A stretch of DNA of 64,000 nt from Tubulanus polymorphus (Eukaryota; Animalia; Nemertea). The translations under genes were made by a program, and so were the position numbers. The notes beneath the pieces are model-generated. The model worked only from the letters and a program-made list of their open reading frames with translations. It was not told where the DNA came from and did no database searches. Each line of letters begins with the position of its first letter. The stretch's first letter is position 1. This document shows, piece after piece, positions 40,476 to 55,120 of the stretch. Location: NCBI RefSeq assembly GCF_964204645.1, contig NC_134026.1:27128150-27192149 (forward strand), in the 5' to 3' direction.

Positions 40476-43400
40476 ATGGCAGCATCAGACAGTAGACGAT
40501 GCCCGGCATCGCAGTTTTTCATGGATGAAGATGCTCCTGAAGGAGGAACTGCTGACAACACATACCATCGAGTGAGAATATTTTTCAAACGATAAATCCA
40601 ATCAAATTTTATTGCCACTTCTATGCATTTTCTTGATGATCATTTTTCAAAAATCCTTCTTTTACTTAAAAGGTGGTTGATTTACTAAATAAAGCTGGAC
40701 TCCAACAAAGAGATGCTGCAAAAATTACAAATCTGAAACAAGTAAGCACCTAATCATTTAACATATGCATTATCAAAAGTCTTACTTGAAGAATGATTCA
40801 ATCTGTGTAAGAAAACTATTACTTTTATTTCTTGCTGGTATCTTTCTCTTCAGGTACAAGAATTGATTATCAACAAAGATCTAAATCTTCTCGACAATTT
40901 CTTAGACGTATGTGTATCATTTTCTTACGGTAAATTATTATTTTCATATTTCAACGGCTAATCTTGGTTCAATCATTTATTTATAGGAAATGATGGCATT
41001 TCAAATGGACAAATCACCTGAAGTTCGAAAATTTGTCGTCGGATTCATGGATGAGGCGAGGTAAGTTATGTTGCAACGTATTGTATTGTATCGCTTTGTT
41101 ATTATACTGTTGGATGTTATTATAAACTTGGAAAAATATTGAGGTAATTAAAGCAAAATCCTATAAATGGATATTAAAGAACTAGAAATTAAAGAGTTTA
41201 TTGATGCAAAAACATTTTGGTGGTTTCCTACATGCATTTTTACTGGGTAGAATGATGAAATACATCGTACACTAGGGAAATAAGTTAATAACTTAGGACG
41301 ATTACCTGGATGTTATATAGAAAAACAACTTAAACCAAAAGTTTAAACTTCTCACCGGATAAGAAGAAAGTGAGGAGCTGCAATAATCCTGTCCTATATG
41401 GTTAGCTCAGTTGGTTAAGTGGAGGACTAAGCTCTGCTAACTTAATCAGGTTGTGAATCCTAACAACCAATAAAAAGGCCCTGGCTGTCTCTTAAGACCC
41501 GCTAAGGTTACACTGTTACCTGCAGTTTGGACGTAAACTTTAAGTCTAAACTAATGAAAAATCCAAACATTTTTTGGTCAACAATATGAGACGTAAATAC
41601 TTGGAAATTAGGCTAGGTCCAGTGGATATTACACTGATCTATTGAATTATAGAATATGAATTCAGACATGTAGATTTTATTATTATTGTCAAATTGCAGT
41701 AAAAAGGAGCCAGAGCTGTTGCCTAAATTTATTGGTTATCTTCATATGATGATGAATGATGAGAATGTAAATGTTATAAAGAAAATCATTCTCAGTATGA
41801 CAAGAATCTATCGTTCATCTTTACAGGTAAGCTATAGTTTTCACATTTCTCTCATGGATTGCTCAAGGTGATTGTGAGAGATGATGTTTGTATTTTCTTT
41901 TATGCAGTGGTTATTGAAATCGAAGGAAATAACGGAACAGATAGAAAGTATGTGGAAATATGTTAATGTGATCAAAGAAACCATTCTGAAGATGATAGAT
42001 TCAGAAAATGATGGGTGAGAATAAAAGCTAACTGCGATAAAGAATTTATGTTAACCGATTTACATTTCGAATTTTCTTATAATCCGCCTCAACTTTTTTT
42101 CTAGGATTCGAACTCATGCTGTTAAATTTGTGGAAAATCTTGTCTTAACATTAACGGAAAGAAGTTCAGTAAGTTTTTTGTTTTACCCGCTATTAAAGCT
42201 TTGTGCAATTCATTAATGATCATAAACTTCTATTGAAACAGGAATCTGAAATTCCAAAAAACATGGAACATGAACTGACACTGGATAAGATACCTCAAGA
42301 TCACCAGTTTATCAAGTATAAGAAGTTAGAAGACGAAGGAGCTGAAGCATTTAAATTGCTTATAGAATTTCAATGTTCTGCTCACATATCAAGGTGTGAA
42401 ATCGATTTATCAAAATTGGTGTTATTTCTCTCATAGATGAAGAATCAGTTTTCAATTTTTTGCTGTTATTTTAGTGTCAATCTAATGGCTGTTATGAGTT
42501 CTATGACTTGTATTGCTCGGCAAAGACCAGAATATTTGCCGAGAGTTATCCAGGGATTTGAAAGTTTACACGGTAAGTCAAAACTAAAATCTATTTTTGA
42601 AAATTTCTTTATTAGGCCTATATACTGATTCAGAGTATATTTGAGGTTGTCTTTGTTTTCCAGCAAATCTACCACCGACCCTCGCAAAGTCGCAAGTTAG
42701 CAGCGTTCGGAAAAATCTGAAAATGCAGTTGCTTTTGTTGTTGAAACACCCGATGTCATTTTCATTCCACGCGCAGATCACCACATTATTAACAGATCTC
42801 GGAGCATCGACGTCTGAAGTAAGTCAACGCTTTGTCAAATAGGAGACATTCTTGGAAAAGAAATTGTGTTTTATTCGAAACTTTCATGTTGTTTTCAGGT
42901 TCTGAAATTCATGCCCAAAATGGATGAGAGGAAACGGAAGGCTTTGGAAGAAGCAGCTGCGCCTAAACTTGCACCCAAAAAATTGAAAAAAGATGCTCCA
43001 GTGCCGGTGAATATAATACACTCAAATTAGTAACATTGATGTTTTGAAGAGCATTTATTGAAGTGTTGATGGTTTCAATTATAGATTTCTACAATATTAG
43101 ATGATATTGAAATAAGTACACCGCTTGTAACTATGCGCAACAACAGTAGCAGCAGTAGTGGTAGTAAACCTAGGAAACCAACAACTGTGACTCAACAACA
43201 ATCAAATGTAGATATTACCGCTGGTTACATAGAACCAAAACTGACGCCTGAAAATGTGGCTGATCTTGTACTTGTCAGTATGGTAAGCTTAAGAATATGT
43301 AAAATAACCCTAAACATTATTGGCTTTGTTACCGTTGCATAATGGATTATATTGTATATGTTTTATAGGTAATGCTGCCAGATACAATGCCTGATCAGTT

Positions 43401-46400
43401 TCAATCGACTTATACACCAATAGCTGCCGCTGGTACAGATGCACAGATCAAACATTTATCTCGACTGTTAGCTACTCAACTGGTGACGGCTGGTCTGGGT
43501 AAAGGTGATTTACAAGAGGACTCTGCTGCTAAAGACAAAGACAAAAAGTCAAAAAAGGTAGACAAAATTTCGGCACCTAAATCCATTGTTTTAACTGGTC
43601 TATATGTGATGAATTCATTTTATTATTGCAGGATGGACCAGAACCAATGGATGAAGATGATAATTCTGCATCATCTAAACAAACTATTCACACAATTGTT
43701 GGTGGACATGTTGATGCTGCACCAGGGTACCCTGGTATTGAACCAATGAAGCCACCTTCAGCTGCAATAACAGCTAGTGTATGTAGTATGAATCTAATCG
43801 AATCTCTATACTCTACTCGACTATTTGCCAGTATTTCATTTATTATGAATTGAGTTTGTGATGATTTCAGTTGACTTCAAGTCGCCGGGGTATAAAACAT
43901 TTCAAACTTACATCAGTCACAAAACAGATGACACCAGAAGACACAGCAGATCAGGCGCTTTCAGCATTCAATAGAATTTTAAATGCAGAGAGTAAGTGAA
44001 TAAATAATTTGATGGAAAGGTCTATTACGTAATATAGAAACAAGAAATACTCTCATGATTATTGGTTCATATTTCAGAATCTGCCAAGATGGGAAATGCC
44101 AGTGTGCAAAGAATGAAATTGTTAACAAATATAGTTTGTATTTATGGATCTGCATTTAAACAATGTGAGTTTAGAACTAATTTTTATTAACTTTAGTAAA
44201 GGCAAACTGCACCTTTGAAAGAAAAATGAAAAATATAATGAACACATTCTTGTTTTCAGTGTTCCAAGAATACATATTTGAGAATTTGGCTGCACGCTCA
44301 GAATTAGCGTTTATTTGGTTGTATCAGGAGTATTCTAATGCTCAGGGATATCTATTAGCAGCTGCTGAGAAGCAGAATATGTCTAGTTATGACGAATGTC
44401 TTACACAGCTACTATCTGCATTGCTAGAAAGACCTGACCAGCGATCTGGGTAAGTTTTGTCGTAATTATTGTGAACATCTCTAGAGAGAATGTTTTTGGG
44501 GAAATTCCTATTACACCCTTTTGTCATTTCAGACTCTTTGCAAGATTGATTTTAGAAGCTCCTCTGATTACACCAGCAGCAATTGATGTGTTGAAGAAAT
44601 ATTGTCAAGATGAGGTAAACTTACTGTTTAGTTCATGTTCTCAGATTTATTTCTGCATTAATCTCATATTTTAACAACGTCTGTTTTTGTTATTAGACAC
44701 GTATTTACCTCGGTATGTCGATATTGAGGGATCTGATTCTGAAGCGACCGAACCAAAAGTTAAACTTTTTAGTTCTGTTACTAGAATTTTGTGCTAATGA
44801 AAAACCAGATGTGAGTACGATTGAATTGATATTTAATCATCAGGCTACCGGTGCACTATATTCACTTGGTTTATACCACTAATCAAAATATTTTCTCAGG
44901 TAAGAAGCAATGCTCTTCGTGTCACTAAAAGTTTATATGAGAGAACTGATTTGAAGGAATACATTGAAAATTATGCGATGCGGAATTTAAGGAAGTTGTT
45001 ACTTCCCTTCATGCCTGGAGATTTGTTCACTAAGACAGAAAACCTTGGTAATTTTAGTAAATTTCTAGTCTGTTAATTACATCATCTTTGAATGTCTCAA
45101 TTGAATATTGTTGAATCTTGTTTTTGTAGACGTTGATGGCTGGACAGAAGAAAGTATTAAGACTTGTCTGTACTTGTATCTCGGGCTCATGCCTGTCAGA
45201 CACAAACTAATTCATGAGTTAGTACTCTTTTAATTTCGAAGCTTGGTGCCTTTTAATCTTTGGTTGTGCAATATGTGTGTATTTATTTGTATTTTAGATT
45301 ATCAAATATTTATGTGACAACCTCTGCTAATGTCAAGAGAACGATCCTCAGGGTTCTAGAAACACCTGTAAGTTCATTTATCTTCATAGACAATGTTTTC
45401 AATATGAACAGAGGATATGTGCATGTTAAGAATATTGACATTTCTGACAGGTGAAAGGTATGGGAATGCAGAGTCCTGAATTGTTATTACTGGTTGAGAA
45501 TTGTCCGAAGGGAGCTGAAACTTTAGTAACTCGAGTGATACATATACTCACTGATCGACAGGCTCCGTCTCCTGAATTAGTTGATCGCGTTCGTGATCTT
45601 TATCACAAACGTGTAGCAGATGTACGATTCCTTATTCCCGTGCTAAATGGACTTACAAAGGTGAGATGTGTAGAGCTACTACCGTATATAACTTTTAACT
45701 TGCATTTGAAAATAGGTTTTATCAGTATTTTGTAATCTGTAAATTTCTATTCCATTATAGAGCGAGGTCACTGCAGCATTACCCAAACTTATCATGCTAA
45801 ACCCTAATGTTGTAAAAGAAGTGTTCAATAAACTCCTCGGTGGCCATGGTACGCATGATCCGACTTAATCACTCTTGGTCTCATTTTTTCTATTCAATTG
45901 CGACACATGCATGTGATATTTTGTGTACTGTATTTCAGCTGAAAGCGGTGGATTTTCTGGACCTCTCACACCAGCTGAATTGTTAAGCGCACTGCACACC
46001 ATTGATCCAACTAAAGTTGACATGAAAACAATCATTAAAGGTAATTAATCATTTCTCTTGTAAATGCAATAATCGCCAACCAGATATACTATAAGTGGTG
46101 TGCTTCATTGGTTTCAGCTTGTAACCTGTGCTTCAGTGAGAGAAAGATTTACACCCAAGAAGTATTAGCTGTTGTCATGCAACAACTGATGGAAATGAAT
46201 CCTTTACCGGTGCTGTTAATGAGAACTGTAATTCAGTCATTATCCTCTTATCCCAGACTAATTGGATTTGTTTTGAATATACTTCAGAGGCTTATAACGA
46301 AACAGGTAACCTGAGAAATCTGTAGATATCCCCATGATAGTTTAATTGTTAGAAGATATCATTTTAGAATATTATGTCTTTTTAGGTTTGGAAGAATAAG

Positions 46401-47774
46401 AAAGTATGGGAGGGCTTCATCAAATGTTGCCAACGGACTAAGCCTCAGTCGTTTCAAGTTCTGCTCCAGTTGCCATCAGTACAGCTGAACTCTGTTTTTG
46501 AGGTGGCACCTGAAATGAGGGATCCTCTACTGAAACATGTTCATTCGTTAGCCCCTAATCAGGTTAGTTACTTCAGCTTGCCTTTCATTCAAATAAAACA
46601 ATCTCCATTTGTATTCTCTAAATACAAGACAGGAATCTGTATTCTGTACTGTCAACTATATTTCAGCGTGCTCATATACCACCCGGGGTGATGTCTGTAC
46701 TAGAAACCAAAAACGTCCTACCACAGCCACCAGGAACAGAACCTAATTCTGAAGAAATTAAAGCTGCGCATGTTCCTTTAAAAACTATCACAACAATCAC
46801 TAACGTTCCTACTACACCACCAGCACCTGGTAATAAATCAACTCCGAAGACCCCTACTACTCCAGGAGCTCTGGTGATGGAGATATCAATGACTCCTAAA
46901 ATTGAAGAAAAAAAATTGAAGGAAAAAGAACCATCTGATACACCACAACCTGAAATAAAAGATGAACCTGTTATTCCTCAAGCTGACCCTAAGAAAGAAG
47001 ATGAAACTGAAATGATGGATACTTCTGAATCAGTTAGCCAAGTTGCTGTAAATCTTGAAAGCTCACAAACTGATGATTTAATTCCTGATAGAACACAGTC
47101 TGATGTAAATCTTGATAGTTCACAATCAAAAGTTGTGAATCTTGATAGTTCACAATCGGAAGTTGTGAATCTTGATAGTTCACAATCGGAAGTTGTGAAC
47201 CTTGATAGTTCACAATCGGAAGTTGTGAATCTTGATGGTTCACAATCCGAAGTCGTGAATCTTGATAGTTCACAATCAGAAGCCTTGAATCTTGATAGTT
47301 CGCAATCAGAAGTTGTGAATCTAGATAGTTCGCAATCAGAAGTTGAGAATCTTGATAGTTCACAAACTGAAGCGAATCTTGAGAGTTCACAATTGGAAGT
47401 TATGAATCTTGATAATTCACAAACTGACATCGTGAATCTTGATAGTTCACAATCTGAAGTTGAGGCATCTGAAAAATCATTGGCATTATCTAGCCAAGAA
47501 GAACCGCCAGTAAGTCAGATACAGTGTGATGATAGAATGGATTGTCTTGTATTGTATGAAGATTACTGATGTATTGATCGATCATTGTTACTTATTTCAG
47601 AGTGCTGCAGAAGATGGAGAAATAGTAGACGAGGCTACTCCTGTCAAGAGTGAAGCAGTAGTCGAGAAAGTAGTACCGACACAAAGACCAAGAAGAGGCA
47701 GGAAACCCAAAGCCGAAACTACAAAAACGGACCCCGCTCCCGTGACTCGGAGAAGTACCCGAACAAAAAAATAA
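40476..47774 (+). CDS. SYMPK: Symplekin (pre-mRNA 3'-end processing scaffold), multi-exon
   Basis: [165 protein letters not shown]. Confidence 0.97.
41401..41470 (+). mobile_element. Decayed tRNA-derived SINE head in a SYMPK intron
   Basis: A-box-like TAGCTCAGTTGGT and degenerate B-box GGTTGTGAATCC; no complete cloverleaf. Confidence 0.5.
47042..47462 (+). repeat. Coding 30-bp minisatellite in SYMPK, ~13 units of [10 protein letters not shown]
   Basis: Unit GTTGTGAATCTTGATAGTTCACAATCGGAA lies in frame within the exon ending at the GTAAGT donor at 47510. Confidence 0.95.
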
Positions 47775-48611
47775 ATACGTCTGCGAAATTTATCATTCAT
47801 TGTAAATTAGTCAAAATTTGTAAAAGTTGTGAAATAAATGTAAATACATGTCGAGTATATGATGCATTACTTTAAAGTTTAGTTCACCTCTTATCATTGT
47901 CATTAAGGATAATCCAGCGGGCTGCTGAATGATCTTGATGCAGGCATTGATTTGGTCTCCCAGGCTTCAATTGTCCTAGATTTTCAACCGAACATGTACT
48001 ACTAAGAACATCTGAGGGGTGCCCCATGGGTCCATGCAGCAGATTGAAACTACTTTAATGCAAGTTCACAACAAATAGTTGTAATTATACTTATACCATA
48101 TGCATTTATTACATTATCATTTATATCACAAATAAACAATTATAATATCCATTATTATAAACCAACATATGTAGGCTAGACTCACAGAATCAAAAATTAG
48201 TATTTTCAATGAATTGAAAATGCCATTACTACATTTATTAACTACAAATAAGTTATATAATCATTCACAACTGACAAATAAAAGTTAGAATATTACTCAA
48301 GACATTCTAAATTTTGTGAAAAATATTTGTTGATGCCCAAATAATCTCTGGGCACGAATTGATACATTACTGGTGGTTGAACAAAGAACAAGAAACGTTT
48401 TTTCAGCAATACGCATTAACTGAACTGAATGAAGTAATTGATGACAAGATATCTCGTATAAATGCATTTTCAGTAAGTAATGAAATCAAAACTACACAGA
48501 TACCTGGTAGCCAAAAGACTAGCCAACATATATAAATGCAAACTACTATAGTATGACTTTATGAAGAATGAGTACATCTAAAGCCAAAGTGACTGATCTC
48601 TGAACAAAATG

Positions 48612-51600
48612 CTACAATATACGTTTTCGTTTGTAGGAATCGGCGTAATGGCCGCCGATACCCTGCGAATGCTGACCAATATAATCTCCATCTGGACTTG
48701 GTTCAGGATTTGGGAGAAAGTGACTCGAGTCTCGTTTCAGTCCTTGAGGTGTGCCCGGTAAATGAGGCTGCAGAAAACAGATTTATAGTATAAACGATTA
48801 TTAGGGTTTGAATGTGTGCGCATTGTGTACGTGTATTAAAATATTGGAATTAAAATCTTACCAAAGACAATGCCGCTTGTTGCTGTGCACCAGCATTGAA
48901 TGCTTGTGCAAGTAAGTTCTGAATACTCGCTGTATCCATCTAAAATATCAAAGCCGTATTTAAGATTACTTGAAGTGATCAATTCAAAACATTGCTCAAA
49001 ATATAAACTCTTTTATTCAAGAACTCTAAAACTTTGGCTGAATTATTGTGGGATTTCACTTGTATGTGCAAGAATATTCTGAGTTACCTGAGGTGGTGAA
49101 CATGGTCCATTTAAATTACCAGCTGGTCCTTTCACTCTTGGCTGCTGCAAAAAAGAACAAAATCGTGATGAATGATTGAATATTATTAAGGGTTAAACCA
49201 CGCGAATCCTTGATCTTCATCCAACATTCACTGTAAATAAAACAGTCCACTAAAAATGCCACATTCACACCAACTCACAAACGAAAATCATCAAAATTAA
49301 AAATCATTTCCACTTCTCATGAAACTCTTGATCAGCACTAATCAATAAACACAGGAAAGAAATCTGCCTTTTTCAGCATCAATACCATCTGCGTTACATC
49401 TGTTAATCATTCCACGTGGATATAATACAGGAACGGCAATATCCAAGGAAATACAAATACACTCATACAAATGAAAGCCAGCATCAATTTCTTGCTACAT
49501 ACTTTGTACTAACTAACATCTAATAATTCTATTCATAGATCCTTTTGCACAGAATGTACATGTATATGTAGCAAGATTAATTTGGTGAAGAAGAGAATTC
49601 ATTTTGAACTCTTTAAGTACAACACATTGGTTTCACAATCACGAACTGTTCACGAATTTGAATCCGTAGCATACAGGCGCATATATATACCAACTCTGTG
49701 CTGAAACTTATAAGGCTAATTAATATATATTTCATCTGAATCAGTCAACTCCACATTTTCTATCCTACAATCTGCGTGTACACAAAATGTACACGATTAT
49801 CTCTGTGAATTACTAGTAACTAGTAAATGACAGTGCAGTAAGACCCATCCTTCTTCACTTATCTTGCGATTTCTAAAATATTATGTATCTGCACCACTCA
49901 ATTCTCATTCTCACAGCAGTGATCATGTATAATTTGTATTACGGTACGTGATTAGCTTATGACTATCAGTCAGTAATATACCGACGTGTTTTGAATACAT
50001 TTTACCAACGTGTCAATGGGTTGTGACACAAGTATAACGTCGCCCGAACACGCTCCATGTAGTCAATAATCACCGCTGGAAAAGTATACAATATTCATTA
50101 TAAAACATCTCACGGAAAATGTACAAATATTATTGATGCCTGATTGCGTACACCTTAATGATGCACATAGTCGGACATTATTTGTAAGATCAGATTTCCC
50201 AAACTGCAACATTTTATCTGAAAACAGAAGCATTAAGAAACCGGAAATCATTTAATAAACCTTCATATCTTTACATCCTTCATATATCATAAACTGGTAC
50301 AAAATACGGATTTTTAAGTAATAAAAGGATCATAATCATTCATTAGCATTTGTACAAAATATCAAATATTACCTGTGCATTCGGCTGTGAGAAGGTATTG
50401 TACTGGTTATAACACTGAGACAAATAATCATTATATGCCTGCAAGAAATATTTCATATATCACTACAAAGTGAATACAGTAAATTGATGATCTGAGTTTT
50501 TTGTACAGTACGCATATATTTTACTACTTACGTTGTAATAACCTATGAAATCATAGCCCCCAGGAGAAAGTGGCTGTTGTTGGTGTGACTGATAATCACC
50601 ATACATCCCTCCTACATTAGGACTATGCTGTTAAAATGAAAAGATGGAAAAATCACGATGAATATCTTTTGTGGAAGAATTGAGAAAATAAATGGCACTG
50701 TAATCTAACCTGGGCATGAGGTGGATGAGTATTCCATCTGGTCAATTCATATCCCAGTTCAGAATGTGGAGGCCCTTCAGATGATGACAAACTTTCCCAG
50801 GCTTCGTACTGTTCTGACTGTACTGAATTCCAGTTATCATGCAACTTCTGACTCCACTGATAACGACTTCTACGAGTATTGTTATTGATATTGTTATTAT
50901 TCGGGCGAGAGTTCGGATGCGGCCGATCTTGCGAGCGATCCCAGGAATGACTACTGTCACGCGACTGAGAGCTACTTCTCGAGACTGACCGCGAGCGGGA
51001 GTTTGGTGGAGGCATCTGTGGGCCAGGTGGCGGTGGAGGTGGCATCGAAGTTACGCCTACTGGATTATTCATACTAGTCGGTGAAACATTTCCTGATGGC
51101 GGATTCTGGGCCAAATTCGTAATAGTATTCATTACATTTCCAAGTAAAGCTTGCAGAAAAGACTGAACCTGTTGTTGCTGGTTGGCGGCTGTCCCTCCAA
51201 CGGTGGAGTAGTTACCAGTCGGTGTATTTGGTCTTTGCATTTGATTCATAGCTGGTCCTGGTTTGCGATTATTGTAATTAGTAAAGTTCACATTCGAATT
51301 AGGCATCTGATTTGGATGAATGGCTCTATTTCCAGGTAAATTTGATGGAGTAGGATTCATTGTACCAGCCAGAGCTCCGATGATTGAAGCTAGGGAATTG
51401 TTTGGTTGATTGGGAGGAATAACAGAAGGCTGAGGAGGTGGGGCCATTTCTGTTGACATGTTCATCAGTAATGCCTGCAGTGGATTTCCACTGTTAGATG
51501 GTTTATTACTCGTTGGTTGATTTCGATTCGTAGGTGTTTGCTGCTGCTGTTGTTGTTGTTGTTGTTGAAGTTGTTGAATGATGTTCTGTAAAAAGGCATT

Positions 51601-54199
51601 GGTCTGAAACATGACAGGGTTTCCGAGTATCGATTGCTGTTGATTGCCCTGAAATGATGGATCAAAACAACTGAATAGTAGTTCATTTATATTCAATCCA
51701 TTCTCAATGCTCTCTATTTTAAGAATTACTCACCAGGTTTGTTTTGTTATCATTTGCCGCCTGTTGTTGGAGTATATTTTGGAGGTTTTGGAGACCAAAC
51801 ATAAGCTAAAATAAAAACTAGATATAAGTTATAAAAGTCATTTTAAAACAATTATCACCTACAGAAATGGATCTGTTTACCTGTTGCTGTTGAGGATTAT
51901 TTTGCATCGATGCCACTAATAGAGATATAGCTTGTTGCATCATTGGATTAGATGATACTTGTGTATTTGGTGGTGGACCCAGAAGACCAGCAACGGGACC
52001 TATTGGTATATATACATTTTTTTAGTTTAGAAACACTTACTATGTATTCATATACAAGACTATTACTCTAGTAACTCAAGTATCTCTACCTGATTGAGGT
52101 ATTGGTCCACCTCCATTCTTTAAGAGGGTCTGAACATTGTACTGTATTACTTGAAGTTGATGAAAAAGGTTCTTCAAACCTAGAAATGAATTAGAAATCA
52201 ATTATGATCAAAGATATGAAATAAGCTAACGCTAATGACGATCAATAGTTTTAAACGAATCTAAATACCTTGAGCCTGATTTGTGTTAGGCATTTGTGGA
52301 CTGGGTAAAATTCCAGTTTGAAACAGTTCTGGAGAATTGGTGTTCTGAAAGTGCACAATACTGGGTAAGTAAAATTTCATCAAAAATTGAAATCACTTCA
52401 TCATCTCATCATTTGTCATTAGTTACCAAGGCATTGACAAGTCTGCTACAGATCTCCATTGCACTTTCACCAGGTATACAAAATGTAGCACGAATTTTTG
52501 AATCTTCAATATAGGTGCCATTCAGATCAGACTGGCATTTCTCAGCAGTCGAGTGGTCATTGAACTCAACAATGGCAAATCCGAGAGCGCGACCATCTTT
52601 CATCGCAATCTGCAAATATTTACCGGTTAGAGAAACTGTTTCAGACATAGTGGTCACTTTCTGCAAATTTACAAATTCCCTGATTTTTCTCCATGTTATA
52701 ACACAAAATTCCATGAGTAAATCTGAGAAATTTCTTGGTTTAAAATATAATGTTACAATCTATTTATTTTTGATGAATCACGTATATTGATAAAAAAATG
52801 CATGGTCAATTACATATCCAAATTCCCTGAGTTTTCTAGGTTTTTTTGTGAAAATTCCCTCATTTTTTTAACAGATTCTTCTGATTCTCCGAGTTTTCTA
52901 GGTTTTCCAGGTTATTAGCCATTCGGTCAGAAGACTCTGCCTCGTTTGTCCAGAAAGATTAGAATTGAGGAGGCTACTATAAATGGAACAGAAAAAGAAA
53001 CATTTTACCTGACAGTATAGCGGTTCACCGTGTTGACTGCACATGTTACGGAAGTCCTCATTATTGCTGTAACCTATTGGAAGGTGTTCAACAAACAGAC
53101 ATGTTGAATGTAACTGAGGCAGTGATATCAAATCCGGTAGAACAAAATCGCAGTGTATAACATTTCCTTGTACGCGTTTTCCGTCGATCTGTAAGCGAGC
53201 TGTATTTGTATGATCGCGATTGTGTGTGTATTGTACAAAACCATATCCTTTACTGATACCTACAACATACAGAAACAAACTGTATAATATCATCGGAAAG
53301 CTGAGAACTAATAAGAAACTGAATACGCTTGAACTACAGAGAAACTGACCCATTTCTTCAGACCGCATCAGAAAACATTTCTCTATATTTCCGTAAGGCA
53401 TCACCAACTGACGAAATTCTTGGTCTTTCATTTCTAAAGGAAGATGAGCGACGCAGAGCAACGTTTCATTTGGATTCACACAGACATCGACTTCTGTACC
53501 CAATAATTTCTTATGATTCAAAACATTAGCAGATTCTTCGGCATCTTCGCCATTTTTCAGAGTAACGTAGGCTGAAAGGTTTTCAGAAAATACAATCATT
53601 ATCAACATTAAGACCGATTCATTTACGTTGATTCAGGTTTAAATTTCGCAAATTACCAGTTCTAGCTTTTCGACTAATGCTTATATTCGCGACGCTGTAG
53701 CCACCCATAAATCCTTTGACCTCCTAAAAAAAGATTATTCATGCATTCACGAGAACAACATATGCACAGTGAGTATTAGGGTGCTTTTAACTAAACTTAC
53801 CTCATATGTACAGGGAGGAATATTCCGTATGACAATTTTGCGCTGTTGATAGAATTCTTTTTTCATCTGTCCCCACAAATAATCTGTGCAAAGCAAAAAT
53901 AAGTCGATAATGCAAATGCAAGTGATAATTCATAAGCTAGCCTGTCATCACTCATGAGGTACCGGCCAACCTGATTCTGAACTTCGTTGGTTTGTTTCCT
54001 CTTTATTTTCTTCGTGTTGCGAGGATTCTTCGGATGAGTTAGTAGATTCAACGCGAGTTAAATGAATATCGGTTTGTTCTACTTTTGCCTTGGGCCCAAC
54101 TTTTTTGTCTTCCGAGGCCGAGGGTGGAATATTTTTCATGTTGTAAATAGTGGCATTGCTTTCCACCAAACTTTCATCGGTATTCTCAACAACTGACAT
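48612..54199 (-). CDS. RAVER1: Ribonucleoprotein PTB-binding protein (Raver1/2-like), 3 RRMs, multi-exon
   Basis: [71 protein letters not shown], a GLLGPPP motif and the diagnostic C-terminus [31 protein letters not shown]. Probably co-orthologous to vertebrate RAVER1 and RAVER2. Confidence 0.93.
52646..52926. mobile_element. Degenerate MITE with AAATTCCCTGA internal repeats (Raver intron)
   Basis: Repeated AAATTCCCTGA and TTTTCYAGG motifs; appears to be the same family as 57304-57557 in the opposite orientation. Confidence 0.55.
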
Positions 54200-54439
54200 T
54201 TTCAATAATTCTGAAAAGTAATAGAATAAGGGTACTTATAGGATAGATACGACCTAAAACGAGCAATAAAATTTGACGATCTGTTGATTGAATTGGTTTT
54301 AAATTTATATTTCTTATTATCATGTACCGTTTTACAGACGATTTCTTCCAATGATGATCTGATTATTCAATCATTCGGAGTTCAATTTCATATTCTTCTT
54401 ATCGGAGAAACTTCGTTAGTTCAAGTACTCAGGGGAATT

Positions 54440-54620
54440 TTACGAAAACGCGTATTTTTATAACTAATTTTCATAATTTTTCCGGAATTCTCGAGAATAC
54501 CGAGACGCGAAGCACTTCCCATCTATTGCGGAGAATGGCACGAGAGGTTTCAACGCCATTGCGGTCAGTCTATCACTTGTCAGTGTCATGAATGCTTCTC
54601 TACTACGTCGGAATGGACCT
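54440..54620. promoter_or_regulatory. Probable bidirectional promoter Raver/TESK
   Basis: Divergent ATGs at 54199 (-) and 55121 (+); candidate UTR-exon donors near 54327 (-) and 54697 (+) bracket a CpG-rich patch with TTCCGGAA. Limits are approximate. Confidence 0.5.
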
Positions 54621-55120
54621 TATTAAACACTCTGGTGCTTATATTAGGAGCTGTGTTAATAAAAATGATGCGGCGGCCTAGAGAATTATTTTTTGTGTAA
54701 GTTTAAGTTTCATTGCAGCAGGATATTGCTTTATACTTAGATTGTAAACTTAAGTAAAGAAGTCTCTAGCCCTCTGGCCTCTCTCTGACTCTACGACTCT
54801 CCACACTACTGTCTTCTTCAATTCAGCGTTCTTGAGAAGAAAAAACAGAAGTAACAACTCTACGTTATTCTGTTTTTATTGCCTATAAGGCGGCCCTGAT
54901 CATGATAGGCCTAATAATTTCAGCTTAATTACACTGACACTTAGGCTATAGTTTTTGAAAAACTACTCGTTGAAAATTATTTTTTCGTTGTTGCAATTAT
55001 CTAGATAAATCCATCCCCGAAGTAAGGACATAGTCTAGGCCTATATTTATTTTACGAATGAGTTCTTTCTGATTGATTTATGTCTGTTATTAAATCACAG
55101 GTCAATAATGCGCTGATGTT

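Noticed and set aside
41401-41470. Possible tRNA gene
   Set aside because: Only an A-box-like D arm is recognisable; the T arm is degenerate and there is no acceptor stem, so a SINE remnant fits better.
46978-47430. Two antisense repetitive ORFs over the SYMPK minisatellite; also considered a CRISPR-like array
   Set aside because: The open frames are a by-product of a stop-free 30-bp unit. Repeats are contiguous with no unique spacers, and the context is eukaryotic.
49147-50371. Unusually long Raver intron as a possible alternative terminal exon
   Set aside because: No convincing poly(A) signal or coding exon is visible; it cannot be supported without transcript data.
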